This document shows, one piece after another, positions 34,846-45,815 of a stretch of DNA of 45,815 nt. Source of the DNA: Craspedostauros australis. Taxonomy: Eukaryota. Every line of letters starts with the position of its first letter. Position 1 is the stretch's first letter. A program made the translations under genes and the position numbers. The stretch lies in NCBI GenBank assembly GCA_030167865.1, contig JALAGF010006702.1:1-45815 (forward strand). The letters are read 5' to 3'. The notes beneath the pieces were generated by a model, which saw nothing but the letters and a program-made list of their open reading frames with translations, was not told the DNA's origin and did no database searches.

Positions 34846-35982
34846 ATGAGAATCCGGTCTCCACTGTGGCTTGCAGCAATGCTGCTGGCCGCAAGCAATG
34901 GCTGCCACGGCTTCCAGAAGGGATCCATCGTCTGGGGTTCGCGCATGAATGCCAGCAGCCAAGCCAACAGCAGCCGCAGCGCCGCATCCGTTGATACCAA
35001 TGGCGTGGACACCACGGACTTCGTCAAGACGGTGGACGTGCTGTCGTTGGACTCCATCCGCTCCACGCTGATCCGTCAGGAGGAGACCATCATCTTCGCC
35101 CTGATCGAACGCGCAGCGTTTCGCAGCAACAACGTGGTCTACGAAAGCGGCGGTCTGGGCGATCTGGGGACTCCTCCCGGCATCGCCGATGATGGCGGCA
35201 AGCCCATGTCCTTCCTGGAGTACATGATGGTGGGGACGGAGGCCTTGCACTGCAGCTCCAGGCGGTACACGTCGCCCGAGGAGCATCCCTTCTTCCCCGA
35301 ACGCCTGTCCAAGGGCATCCTGGACGCATTGGATGAGCTGGATTATCCCAAAGATTTGCTGTCATCGGAGGGTGGAGCCAGCGATGTCAACTTCAACCCA
35401 GTGCTGCTGCAAAAGTACATCGATACTATCGTGCCATCCATCACGCAGTCGGGGGACGATGAGCAGTACGGATCCACCGTGCTGGCCGATATCGCCGTGC
35501 TGCAAGCGCTGAGCCGTCGCGTCCATTACGGAAAGTTCGTCGCGGAGTCCAAGTACCGATCCGATCCTAAAGGTTACCAGACGCTGGTGGATGCCGGCGA
35601 TGCCGACGGGGTGATGAAGCTTCTGACAAACGAGGTCGTGGAGGCGAAGGTGCTGCGCCGGGCCCGCTTGAAGGCGGCCACCTACGGCAACGAGCCTCTG
35701 CTGGCATCTCTGCCGCCGATCGAATCGTCAAGGGCGGACAGCGACACAACTTCCATCGTGGCGGCCGCTGCTGCATCCGCGGTCGTCGCGGCCATCGAGG
35801 CATTGGGCGATGCCGACGGGGACGGCAAGCAGAAGATCAGCCCGGCGATCGTCGAGAGCGTGTACCGCGACATCATCATCCCGCTGACGAAGGACATTGA
35901 GGTGGCGTACTTGTTCCGTCGCTGCGGCCGCACGCCGCCTCCGCAATTCGCGCCCGATCGGATGAGCAAGGATTGCGAATAG
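34846..35982 (+). CDS. ARO7: Chorismate mutase (eukaryotic AroQ class), plastid-targeted, 378 aa
   Basis: Motifs LSLDSIRSTLIRQEETIIFALIERA, RRYTSPEEHPFF, LQALSRRVHYGKFVAESKY and IIPLTKDIEVAYL. Signal peptide followed by HG-F. Confidence 0.95.
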   Translation: MRIRSPLWLAAMLLAASNGCHGFQKGSIVWGSRMNASSQANSSRSAASVDTNGVDTTDFVKTVDVLSLDSIRSTLIRQEETIIFALIERAAFRSNNVVYESGGLGDLGTPPGIADDGGKPMSFLEYMMVGTEALHCSSRRYTSPEEHPFFPERLSKGILDALDELDYPKDLLSSEGGASDVNFNPVLLQKYIDTIVPSITQSGDDEQYGSTVLADIAVLQALSRRVHYGKFVAESKYRSDPKGYQTLVDAGDADGVMKLLTNEVVEAKVLRRARLKAATYGNEPLLASLPPIESSRADSDTTSIVAAAAASAVVAAIEALGDADGDGKQKISPAIVESVYRDIIIPLTKDIEVAYLFRRCGRTPPPQFAPDRMSKDCE

Positions 35983-36781
35983 ATCGCAACCGCGCGCTTC
36001 TATTAGCAGCGGCAGCTACAGCGAATTGGGATGGAATGCAATGCAATGCGATCGGTGATGACAGTGACATCCGAATTCCCAAGCATCAACACGTTCACAG
36101 CAACAGCAACAGCCAAATCTCTGTCCTTTTAGTTGTAGATAAAGAATGAGAGAAATTGCACGTAATTATACAGCCATTCGTCAACCGGAGTCGATGATCT
36201 TTGTGTGACTACCAATGCTGCTCGCTGCCTACCAGTATGGGAGTGCAACTGTTGTCTCATGTGCGAATGTCCAATGTTCTCTTGTTGCGGGGCAGGTTTG
36301 TCTCGTCTTTCATCTTTGCGGGTGGTTTTGGCGATGGTTGTGCACGGTACCAATAGATTGGAGCAGAGCACCATCCTCTCCGAGTACCACACCTCAAACA
36401 CTTCAGCAATAGACGTCCTTGACATGCGTGCAGCTCGTATTTTGCCGAAATGCTGGTCGCTGACCATTTTGGCGCCAACTCAGAGCAACAAAGGTTGGGT
36501 GCGACATGCGCCCGTGTCAAGCGATCCAAACCTCGCTGACGCGAATCTGATCGTTGGCATCAACGGAGTCATCAACAAGATCGTGACAACAGTGAATCTC
36601 GAGGCACCAAATCAGAACAAAGACGTCAGACAGCAAAAGGAGAATACGAACACAACCGCAATCAGACGCAACACACAAGACACTGCGCAAGGGGACTCAT
36701 AATCTTCGCCTTCCACAAACGCATCCGTTCTGCCCTACGCATCCTTCCTCTGCAACACAATACCAACATATCACATCCACC

Positions 36782-37426
36782 ATGATTCGCACACTCCTCG
36801 CACTTCTCGTCGTCTGCGTCCTCCGCGCCAATGCCTTCTCGCCGGCCATCCACCAAAGAGCACGCAGCATCTCGTCACCCATCCAGAGACTGCCAACCCT
36901 GAGCATGTCTGACAACAAGGAGGAGGACGTCAAGAGCAAGATCTCCGCCGACGGAACCTTCTACGATGATGAGGTGGGTTCGATTGAAATGTGTGGGGGA
37001 GGAACTTTGAGGATGCGAACTGATGCCATCATTATCGCTGGTGCACGTGCATGGCGGTTCTCAACACGACAAGGCTTGGTCCGACTTGCTTTGCCCCGCC
37101 CTGCTCAGTTTCGTTTCGTTCAGCCGTTTGCGTCTCAAAGCATCATGCCCATTGCCCAAACTCATCCGTCGCGCGAATTATGTGTTTCCTTCTATTGTTG
37201 TCCACATCCACGACCACACGTACGTACGTGATTGCATGCATTGATGCATTCGCAGGTGGACTCTGCACCCGTCAAGCAAGGCATTTCGGATTCCATGAGA
37301 GACCGTTTGATCCGGGAGGCATCGACTGGATTGGACTCCAACAAGAAGCAGGACAACGTCATTCTGTACATCATCGGTATTGTCGGCGTTCTCGTGGTGC
37401 TCGGCGGATCTGGCATCTTGTATTAA
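36782..37426 (+). CDS. Small plastid-targeted protein with a C-terminal TM helix, function unknown (exons 36782-36973, 37256-37426; 120 aa)
   Basis: MIRTLLALLVVCVLRANA-FSPA is a signal peptide plus an ASAFAP-type cleavage motif. Intron 36974-37255 is GTGGGT...GCAG, phase 0. The protein ends NVILYIIGIVGVLVVLGGSGILY. Confidence 0.8.
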
Positions 37427-38223
37427 ATTGAGGAATGATTGAGGAATTACAATTCTTCGACCACATACATACATGCATGCACCATGCAGATGGAAGAGCT
37501 TCGGGAAGGAGATGTCGCAAACAGTAATACGGAGCACAGCACAGCACAGCACAGCACCAGATGGCGCAGACTGTGCATAGCGCGGCATCGAAATATGACG
37601 ACGGCAGCAACTGCAGCTGCAACTCCAGTTGCAATCGCGCAACACTCTGTTCACGTGGACGTACTGTCGTGCTTTAAAATGGAGCATGCGGAGCGCGACA
37701 TGCTTGTTTGCCTCCAAGTATGCTATGCAACTCACCAATCAACCAAGGCAGCAACGCAGCAGTGCAGAACCCGAAAATCAGAGGACAAACAGCAACGAAT
37801 ACACATCAAATCTAAGATGGAAATGATAAAGCTAGCATCGAATTCATCAACGCACACTCAAACGAGATACGAGCTTGGTGGATGCAGCAAACGTATGGCG
37901 AGCCGCACTCTCTGGGAGCATGAATGCTATCAGCTAACCTTGCCTCTTGATTTCAAAGTGCTCGTTGGGTCTCAACGCAAACAGTTGTTGCAGCAGGGCA
38001 TTCTCAGCTTGTCGATCTTCGCTCTGCCTTGATCTGTCTTACTTTGGATTGCACTGTATTGATTCAAGCTGCGTCTATGCCACGCATACGTCCATACCTA
38101 CGAGCTACACAGTACCCTGATATCTAATCTCCACTGATAGTCTACGATCATAGTTGATGTAGACTTATCCGCGTACGACGACAGACAAACTTGTCGCGTC
38201 ATGTCAGCGATAAGATACCTTCC

Positions 38224-38350
38224 ACGTCACAACGTGCGACATACAAACGGCTGGGAGACGTCACAACGCAACGCACAACTCCACCACACAACGCTTCGTG
38301 TTCGTATCCGGGCTCATTCAATGACATGACATGACATGACGTGACGTGAC
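38224..38350 (+). promoter_or_regulatory. Cluster of TGACGT/ACGTCA (CRE/CCRE-like bZIP) hexamers upstream of the aquaporin
   Basis: ACGTCA at 38224 and 38258 (within the direct repeat acgtcacaacg) and TGACGT at 38337 and 38342 (within (RTGAC)6). All lie 200-320 bp before the ATG. Confidence 0.45.
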
Positions 38351-38542
38351 ACGACGCGCCTATCACCCTCCGTTTTCTTCTTCTTTGTTTGCGTTCGTCG
38401 CCAATTGCGCTCCAACACAAAGCACCACACCTCCACAACGAATCTACTCTCATCTACTCAACTCTCCCATTCCTCACATTGAAGCAGCAACAGGACAACT
38501 TCATCAGTAGTCACAGCCATACGACGCAAATCAACAGCAAAG

Positions 38543-39791
38543 ATGGTCGAATCATTTGTCATTGACTTGTACAACGTCTTCACGCATGCGCTGGAGTACC
38601 TCCCGCCCGGCATCGTGCTGAGCGTCGCCGCCGCCTTCATCGGTGAAGGCAAGCACATCAAGGTGTACTTCGATGAGTTCGTGGGATCCATCCTCATGAT
38701 CGCCTTCACATTCTCGGCCGGCAAATGGATCGGCCAGGATGACATGTACGTGGCCTGGGGATTCCATGCCGTCGGTGTCATCGCCGCCGACTACTTCGGA
38801 GGTGGGCAGCAGGTCAACCCTGCCGTCACGGCATCCATGTGGGCGTTGGGCGAATGCAGCTACACCGAGGCATTCGTGCGCGTCGCTGGACAGATGGGTG
38901 GTGGACTCGTGTCCTTCCCACTGTTCCAGGCCATCTCCGAGTCGTTCGAGATGACGCCGTTTGGCGGACCCGAATTCAGCAGCACGCGCGATGAACCCGT
39001 TGAGGCCACGCTTTCGGAATTCTTCTCCACCTACATCCTTCTGTGGGCCATTTACATTGTAAGTTGTGCATTGTGCATTGTGCATTGTGGTTGGCACATT
39101 CGTGCTCGTACAAGTGCCACTGTGATTTATCTGAATTGCTGCTTTGAGTATGCTGGACACGGAATTCATCTGTGCGTTGCACTTTCATTGTCGCTGTGAT
39201 GTTGACAAGAAAATTGATTTTGACAACTCACACCGATGTGACGAACTCTCATTGTCATTCATTTCTTCACTCCTTCAACGACTGGGTTGTTGTCTCATTC
39301 ATTGCAACGCATGGGGATATCCACAATCAAATTCAATTCGATTCGATTCACTACAATGAATGCATCGTAACGCAATGCAATGCAACACGATACACCACGT
39401 ACGGTCATCACGCAATCTTGACACATTTCGCAACTGCACGCGCTCACAGCTCAACTGGCGAATGCACTTCGGAAAGCACCATTACCTCATCAAGCAATTC
39501 CTGACGGCCGTCGCCATCCGCGTGCTGATCGAGGTGTACCCAACCGCCGGACCAGCCATGAACCCCATGCTCGCCACTGCATGGGATACCTTCGGCGTCG
39601 GCAACAAGTACGAAATGCCGAGCGATCATCAGCATTACTTCGTCTACTGGGTGGCACCGGTTGTCGCCGCCATCCTTGCCAGCATCTCCTACGCCATCGT
39701 CGCCGGCGGTACCATCTTCGGTGTCAAGATGCCAATCGGTCCATTGATGGGCAGCAAGAAGGTGGCGGCACCCAAGGTCAAGAGCTCGTAA
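38543..39791 (+). CDS. Aquaporin / major intrinsic protein, NPA-NPM type (exons 38543-39058, 39450-39791; 285 aa)
   Basis: Pore motifs GGQQVNPAVT and GPAMNPMLA, EFVGS and EFFST helices, and YFVYWVAP. Intron 39059-39449 is GTAAGT...ACAG, phase 0. Confidence 0.92.
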
Positions 39792-40460
39792 GGCGCTCTG
39801 CTCTTCGTATATTGCGATACCTGCGAGTGTATCCCACGGTTCCCTGCTTATCATAACTCGTGGAATTCATGTCGGAGCAACCCCACGCGCGCACGCACAA
39901 CGAAGCACTTAGCTCGTGCACTACTTCACCACAAATATGGTGCTACCATGGGGAACGGAGATCGAAAAGGACAAGGATAACGATGGAAGGCAATCAATGA
40001 TACAATAGCTGAAGTCCTGCGTCGTTGTGCAGGTGCGATTTTACTCTACTCTTGTAATCAAGTTAAGTTAGGTCAAGAACGATGTAGTTTCTGCATACTA
40101 TGCTCAACGTGTACTCGTCTTTGTGCGGTTCTCAAATGTTGCGGCGCATCGATCGTGGATGGTTTCGCCAAAACGGGATGACGAGGTTGGAACCTCAACC
40201 ACGTTGTCTTGGTTTCGTTGTGAGTCTGTTTCTGTACCCTTACTTCAACAAAACGCACAAACTTGTTGCACACGAATGCGCTTTCCTTTCTTCTTCCTCT
40301 TCTCCGCTTTCCAGGTGCGCACAATCTCATCATCGTCGACAAACAAGACGAGGTACTCTGCAGGAGTCGCGAAGCACTCATACCCGTACCCATACTGTGC
40401 TCATACTCGCAACCACAGCACAGCACAATCCCCGTATCCGCATCCGCATTCGTAGACAAG

Positions 40461-42321
40461 ATGACAACCACGAACTCATTGACGCAGCTGCGCCCAGAAG
40501 TGCAAGAACTGAAGGCCAAGGTGGATGCGTTCGTCGAGAACCATGTCATCCCCGCCGAAGCGCTGTACGAGGAGCACATGAAGCACCGCCATGGCAAGGA
40601 CCGTTGGACGATGGACGCCATCCCACCGTGCCTGGCGGACCTGCAGCAGAAGGCCAAGGCCATGGGGATCTGGAATATCTTCCTGCCACCGCGGTTGCTG
40701 CCGCACTTGCCGCGCAAGGATCTCGGGCCTGCGTTGGCCTTGTCGTACCGCGAGTACGGCATCATGTGCGAGAGCCTGGGACGGTCGCCCGAGTTGGCAC
40801 CGCAGGCCTGCAACTCTGGTGCGCCGGACACGGGAAACATGGAGGTGTTGCTGGAGTTCGGGACGCCGCAGCAGCAGCGCGATTATCTCGTTCCGTTGAT
40901 GGAAGGCACGATCCGATCGGCGTTCCTCATGACGGAGCCCGATGTTGCCAGCAGCGATCCCACCAACTTGGAGACAAGGTTGACGAAGATCATATCTCCA
41001 TCGACCGGTAAGGTCGAGTACGTGTTGCAGGGGAGGAAGTGGTGGAGCACGGGTGCCATGGATCCGCGATGTCGATTCGCTTTGGTCGTGGCAAAGATGG
41101 ATTATTCGCATCCGTCCTTGAAGCAGCAACACCAAGGCAAGGGACAGCCAGCAGCATCAGGAGACAACCGGCATGGTGCACACACCATCGTCTTGGTCCC
41201 CATGCCGCATCCGCAGGTCAAGGTGGTGCGGCCGTTGACTGTTTTTGGGTATGACGATGCGCCATTCGGACATGCGGAGGTCGTGCTGGACGGGGTCAAG
41301 CTGTCATCGGAGCATCTCATTCTTGGCGAGGGTAGCGGATTCCGCGTTGCTCAGGCGAGGTTGGGGCCAGGCCGAATTCATCATTGCATGAGGGCAATTG
41401 GGATGGGTGAGTGAATGCTGTGCTGTGCTGTGCAGGCTTGTTGAGCGACAGTGCGCGAGCGTGTGCAGGGGTGAATTGTGCCAGGAGATGGCAGCAGATG
41501 AGATAGCAGATGCCAATTGTCGGCTCTTTGCTCCGTCGACACCATTCGCTCCAACTTGTATTGCTAACATCTTTGTCTCTGACACATTCATGTTGGTATG
41601 TAACATCCCATTTGTACACACCAATCACAACGACAATGACAACGACACTGACACAGCCAAACGATGCTACGAGCTCATGCTCAACCGAAGCATGGAACGC
41701 AAGACTTTCGGCAAGTACCTTTGGGAGCACGGCGGCACGCAGGAGATGATTTCTGACTCCGTTTCCGATCTCAACGCGGCTCGTTTGCTGACATTGGATT
41801 GCGCAGCTGGTAAGTTCCTCCTTCGGTCATCTTCCTTCGTGTTGTGTTGTGTTGCAAGCGTGTCGGTAATTGTATTTGAAGCGTGTTGTCCACATTCCCA
41901 TTGCGATACGTTGCGCTGTGCTGTGCTCTCCTTGATTGAACTGGACGAGCATGGACATCACCCAGCAAACAAGTGCTGACATTGACCCCATGTCGCACTT
42001 TCGTCACATACGCATCATCATCTCACGTGATACACTTCGCTCTCCCTTCCTGTCTCCACACAAGCAGACATGGACAACATCGGACCCAAATCCGCAAGGG
42101 CCAAGATCGCTGCCATTAAGGTCGCCGTGCCTCGATTGACGTACGGCATCGTCGACCGGGCCGTGCAGGTGTTCGGTGGCGCTGGCGTTTGCAGCGACCA
42201 CGTCCTCGCGCGCAGCTTGGCGTTGCTCCGCACCTTGCGCATCGCCGATGGACCTGATGCCGTGCATCAACGATCTGTGGCACGGATGGAGATCAGGCAA
42301 TTTCAAAAGAGCAAATTGTAA
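40461..42321 (+). CDS. Acyl-CoA dehydrogenase, ACAD10/11-type catalytic domain only, with C-terminal PTS1 (exons 40461-41406, 41657-41809, 42068-42321; 450 aa)
   Basis: Motifs CNSGAPDTGNMEVL, RSAFLMTEPDVASSDPTN, GRKWWSTGA, AQARLGPGRIHHCMR and RTLRIADGPDAVH. Two GT-AG introns keep the frame, and the protein ends in SKL. Confidence 0.93.
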
Positions 42322-43309
42322 CCTCTCTACGTACACGCACCAGAGACTCTTCCAGACTACTCGTACTTGACCAAGGGGAAGTATTCAAACTAGGTGGCGC
42401 CACATGCACTCTGTGTATTGTAGTTACATTTTGTACAATGTGTGTTAAGCTTGTTATTGTACTTCATGCTGCATGGAGTTCCGCAAGTGAAAACTCGTCC
42501 AGAGGTTAGCAACGATGATACTCTACTATCTCTTGACGACAACTCTACGTGCACAATACCACTTTCTTCACATCTTTCGAAAGATCTTGAGCAAAGCTTT
42601 CCAACGATTATGTTTAAGTGTTATGCTTCTTACTGCCATCTTATCGCTTATCGAGCCTGAAGTACTCGTGAATTGAATCTGAACTGCGGGACTGGAGTGA
42701 ACATGTTCAGCGGCATGCAGATTAGGAGCCACTTGAGTGACAGGACCTACAGTCGGTCCTGGGATGGTGGGAACTTACGGGGCTTTAAACCAAACCACCC
42801 ACATATTAATAAACTAGAAAAATTATAAGAATCATAGCGTCGCCCGATTTTGCTTTAATGTCTTATTTTAAGTTTTATGGAGCTTTGTACATTTACGGTC
42901 CACTTGGTCGAATATGCACGCTGCTCCGTGATGGCAGGACGACATTTATTAGCTTTTCCGATGCAAACAACGCAATGTGCCCAGACACGTTCGGGAAAGG
43001 ACATTTTTTGACGGGTTGCGTACGGAATTTGACATTTCAGCGACGTCATTGTTTGATCTATTCGAACACGTTTTTGACATAAGTATCCGTTTACAGGTGT
43101 TAAAATTCAAATTCAAATTGACTCTCGTCACATGTCACAAATCTCCTCACATTTCGGCACAGAATCAGCATTTGCTTTTCGCGGTGGTGTGCTGTGTTTG
43201 TTACATGCTCATGCAGCGTGTGTATAGTCGCCTTCTTTCCCTCCTCTTGCCCAGTTCACTTCCATCCATACTACTCATCTCCATCTACCCATCAGTATCA
43301 ATCAGCATC

Positions 43310-44179
43310 ATGCCCGTCTCTACCACGAAAGCTGCGTCCAAAGATGCCAATCCTTCTCCCTCCAAGAAGCAACGTATGCCATCCTCTCCATCCGTGCGCC
43401 CGTTTCCATCGGATCCGATCGATCGCAAGGAACCGTTTGCGCCATCTACTGGTGAAAAGTTTCTGCCTCCATTGGGTATGGATGGGAAGCAGCACATTCC
43501 ACCACCTACAACAAACAAGCTGTTGCCTCCTGCGCTCAAAGGTGCGACCTTCGACGACGAGTGTGATGTTGAGATCTTCACCAACAACGAACAGATTCGC
43601 ACACTCAATGCAACCAATGAGAAGCTCTTCATCTGCGTGCACATTACCACTGACAACGGCATGATTCTTGATACCTCCAAGGTCACTGTGCAGGCCTTCG
43701 GGCACGGCTCCAATGGAGGGATGAAGGTGCATGTCAAAGTCTGCGTCCCGACTCTGGAATCCCTTCCCGCACCCCTTCCCGCACCAGCCATCCAACCAGC
43801 AAAGAGAGGCAAGAGCAGCCAATGTGGCGACGCTGGCGACGACGAAGCCTACCGCCCCAGGGGACGCAACAGAACCAAGACCAGGAAATCAAGCGCGAGA
43901 AGGTTCGGATTCAAATCCAACAAGGAGAGGACTGATGCGTTTGAAACCATGCGCAAGGTCTTGCAGGCGCTCGGAGTGAAGAACTTCGCTTCTGTTCTTG
44001 CTGACTTTCCTCGTTGCGGATTTGTATTGGGGCGCAAATCCGACAAGCAAGTGTGTGTTGGCAAGTTCCGTAGATGGCAACCTTGCAATCGTGGAAGACG
44101 GTGTTGGTTGTTAGTTGATCTGTTTGCTATTTCATTACGTTGGCACTCCGATCCTCTTGGTGTCCGTTCTCTCGCCTGA
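43310..44179 (+). CDS. Orphan ORF (~289 aa from the ATG at 43310), possibly TE-associated or a truncated first exon
   Basis: Open frame 42977-44179 with natural-looking composition from MPVSTTK onward. No recognised motif. It sits between AT-rich DNA and a (TC)n/LINE remnant. Confidence 0.4.
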   Translation: MPVSTTKAASKDANPSPSKKQRMPSSPSVRPFPSDPIDRKEPFAPSTGEKFLPPLGMDGKQHIPPPTTNKLLPPALKGATFDDECDVEIFTNNEQIRTLNATNEKLFICVHITTDNGMILDTSKVTVQAFGHGSNGGMKVHVKVCVPTLESLPAPLPAPAIQPAKRGKSSQCGDAGDDEAYRPRGRNRTKTRKSSARRFGFKSNKERTDAFETMRKVLQALGVKNFASVLADFPRCGFVLGRKSDKQVCVGKFRRWQPCNRGRRCWLLVDLFAISLRWHSDPLGVRSLA

Positions 44180-44262
44180 TGCTCTCGGCGCGTCTCTCTC
44201 TTTCACAGATTGGTTGAACCCGACTATGAGTCGGTACGCGAGATGCTCTCTCGCTCTTGCTT

Positions 44263-44266
<4 letters not shown>

Positions 44267-44342
<76 letters not shown>
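44267..44342. repeat. (TC)38 microsatellite
   Basis: Uninterrupted TC dinucleotide run. Confidence 0.98.
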
Positions 44343-44345
<3 letters not shown>

Positions 44346-44799
44346 AGCGCGTGCTTACTCCACGCGTCACTCCGTGCTCGATGCGTACTCCGCATTCGAC
44401 ACTCCGTTCGTTTACTACTGGCTTCTACTCCATGAGTACTTGCCACTTGAACTATTCTCGCATGTATCCGTGATCTTCATGTACTTCCGTCATCTGATCT
44501 TCACCTTCTGCTCCTGACATTGAGACAGATGTCAACGTGGTGACATGATGACATCCTGTCAACGTCAGTTGTCGTCCTTCTGCTCTCCAGATGTCACGTT
44601 CTGTCGATGATGTCGACGTCTCGGTGCGGATATCGTCATTTGAGGTTTAGTTGGGAAGTATACCAAGTTTCGCTTGGTACCATGCGTTCCCATTGATGGA
44701 TGGACGGACGATGTTCCTGATACTCTCAGAAATCGTTGTTTGCAGATTTCCTCCAGAAATCCTGCTCATTTTCGTGTGTTCCATTTGTGGTGTGATTTT

Positions 44800-45815
44800 G
44801 CCAAATCACAGCTCACTACGACACGAATGTAGTTGTACCGTCCGTACGTGAGTATAAGGGAATAGCAGGTGAACGATGCACATATAGATACGTACATCTC
44901 GACATATACACGCATGTACAGCTCGACAGTGGTTTGGTTGTCAGACATTGTATCAGTTCAAGGAGATCGATTACATGAGGAAGCAACCAGTCCTGGACTC
45001 ATCCCTTTGCGAAGCAGCATGATCGAGTGGCTGGAAGTCGGGCAACCGACCCAGCAGGATTGGGCTCAATGGAAACGAGCGATCATCATGCAATGCCCGG
45101 CGAGAAGGGCGCGAGAGAGGCGACTGTGGTCGCCATTGGGACCGTTGCAAACGTTTACATCGCTCCGACCAGACTACCGGTGAGAACCGGAAACCGACAG
45201 GCTCACCTGCCATGGACAAGAAGGTGTCTGCTACAGGCGAACTCTGCGGTGAAGACGGCGAAGGGAGCATCAGGAGGTGCAGGAACTATTGACAGCGGGT
45301 TCTCACCTTGTGGACGGCTACAAATATCACGGAAAATAGTGGTGACACGGACAGAAAAGGAAGGTCCAAGGCTGGCAGCTACGATGGCGACCTTGGCAGC
45401 CTTGGGGATACAAATCCTTCCAGAGTCAGCGGCATGGGCGACTGAGATAGTCACATTCATGGGAGCAGAGTCAATTCTGGCTCACGCGGCAAGGGCTGGC
45501 AAACTCAGAGCGTGCAGTGATGGTCGGTTGCGCTGGGAAACGGGGCGGCCGGGGCAGGCATGATCAGAGAGCATGAAGGGTTGACAGCGCAAGCCTGGAT
45601 GGTGTGTCAAGCGCCGTGCGGCAGCGACGTCATGCAGCCACATCAAGCAGAACTCGCAGGTTTGTACAGCGTGGTGACAACTGTTGCAGTGCTGTGCGCA
45701 GCTCACAATGCACTTGAAGGGAAGATCACCATGAGATGCAAAAACATCGGGGCTCTCAAAGCCCTAGACCCGGAGTGGCAGCTATTGCCACGGTAGTCCG
45801 ATGCCAATCTTCAAC
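44800..45815 (+). mobile_element. Decayed non-LTR retrotransposon fragment (post-RT region and RNase H-like domain)
   Basis: Fragments in different frames: RMYSSTVVWLSDIVSVQG...PTQQDWAQWKRAI...PLGP, then LRACSDG, QAWMV, and AELAGLYSVV...ITMRCKNIGAL. These follow the D..E..D layout of LINE RNase H domains but are split by stops and frameshifts. The left boundary is approximate. Confidence 0.7.

Noticed and set aside
42812..42855. Possible Helitron 3' end on the minus strand (CTAG followed by T)
   Set aside because: No convincing GC-rich hairpin at the expected distance.

Overview
Eukaryotic nuclear DNA, most likely from a diatom or related stramenopile with a secondary plastid. Evidence: GT-AG introns of about 200-390 bp, bipartite signal peptide plus Phe transit presequences, and an NPA/NPM aquaporin. 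A gene-dense core (about 3.2-42.3 kb) holds 13 supportable genes: LSM7, an intronless RS-repeat transmembrane metzincin protease, LSM12, an SLC33A1/AT-1 acetyl-CoA transporter, RAMP4/SERP1, a 6-exon ~2435-aa bromodomain/PHD chromatin reader, a PNRC/Edc1-like decapping-activator candidate, a plastid RseP-type protease, a fucokinase/GDP-fucose pyrophosphorylase, a plastid chorismate mutase, a small plastid membrane protein, an aquaporin and a peroxisomal acyl-CoA dehydrogenase. All splice models were built by hand and keep the reading frame. Both ends of the window are repetitive: a gapped ~608-bp tandem duplication on the left, and an orphan ORF, a (TC)38 run and a decayed non-LTR retrotransposon on the right. 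A 1.1-kb TIR-bounded DNA transposon lies at 6963-8062. The most interesting leads are the metzincin with a codon-diverged but peptide-invariant RGRSGSPSRA x7 tail, the decapping-motif protein near two LSM genes, the WD40-less BRWD-like reader, and clustered CCRE-like motifs upstream of the aquaporin. No database searches were run; family calls come from recognised motifs.
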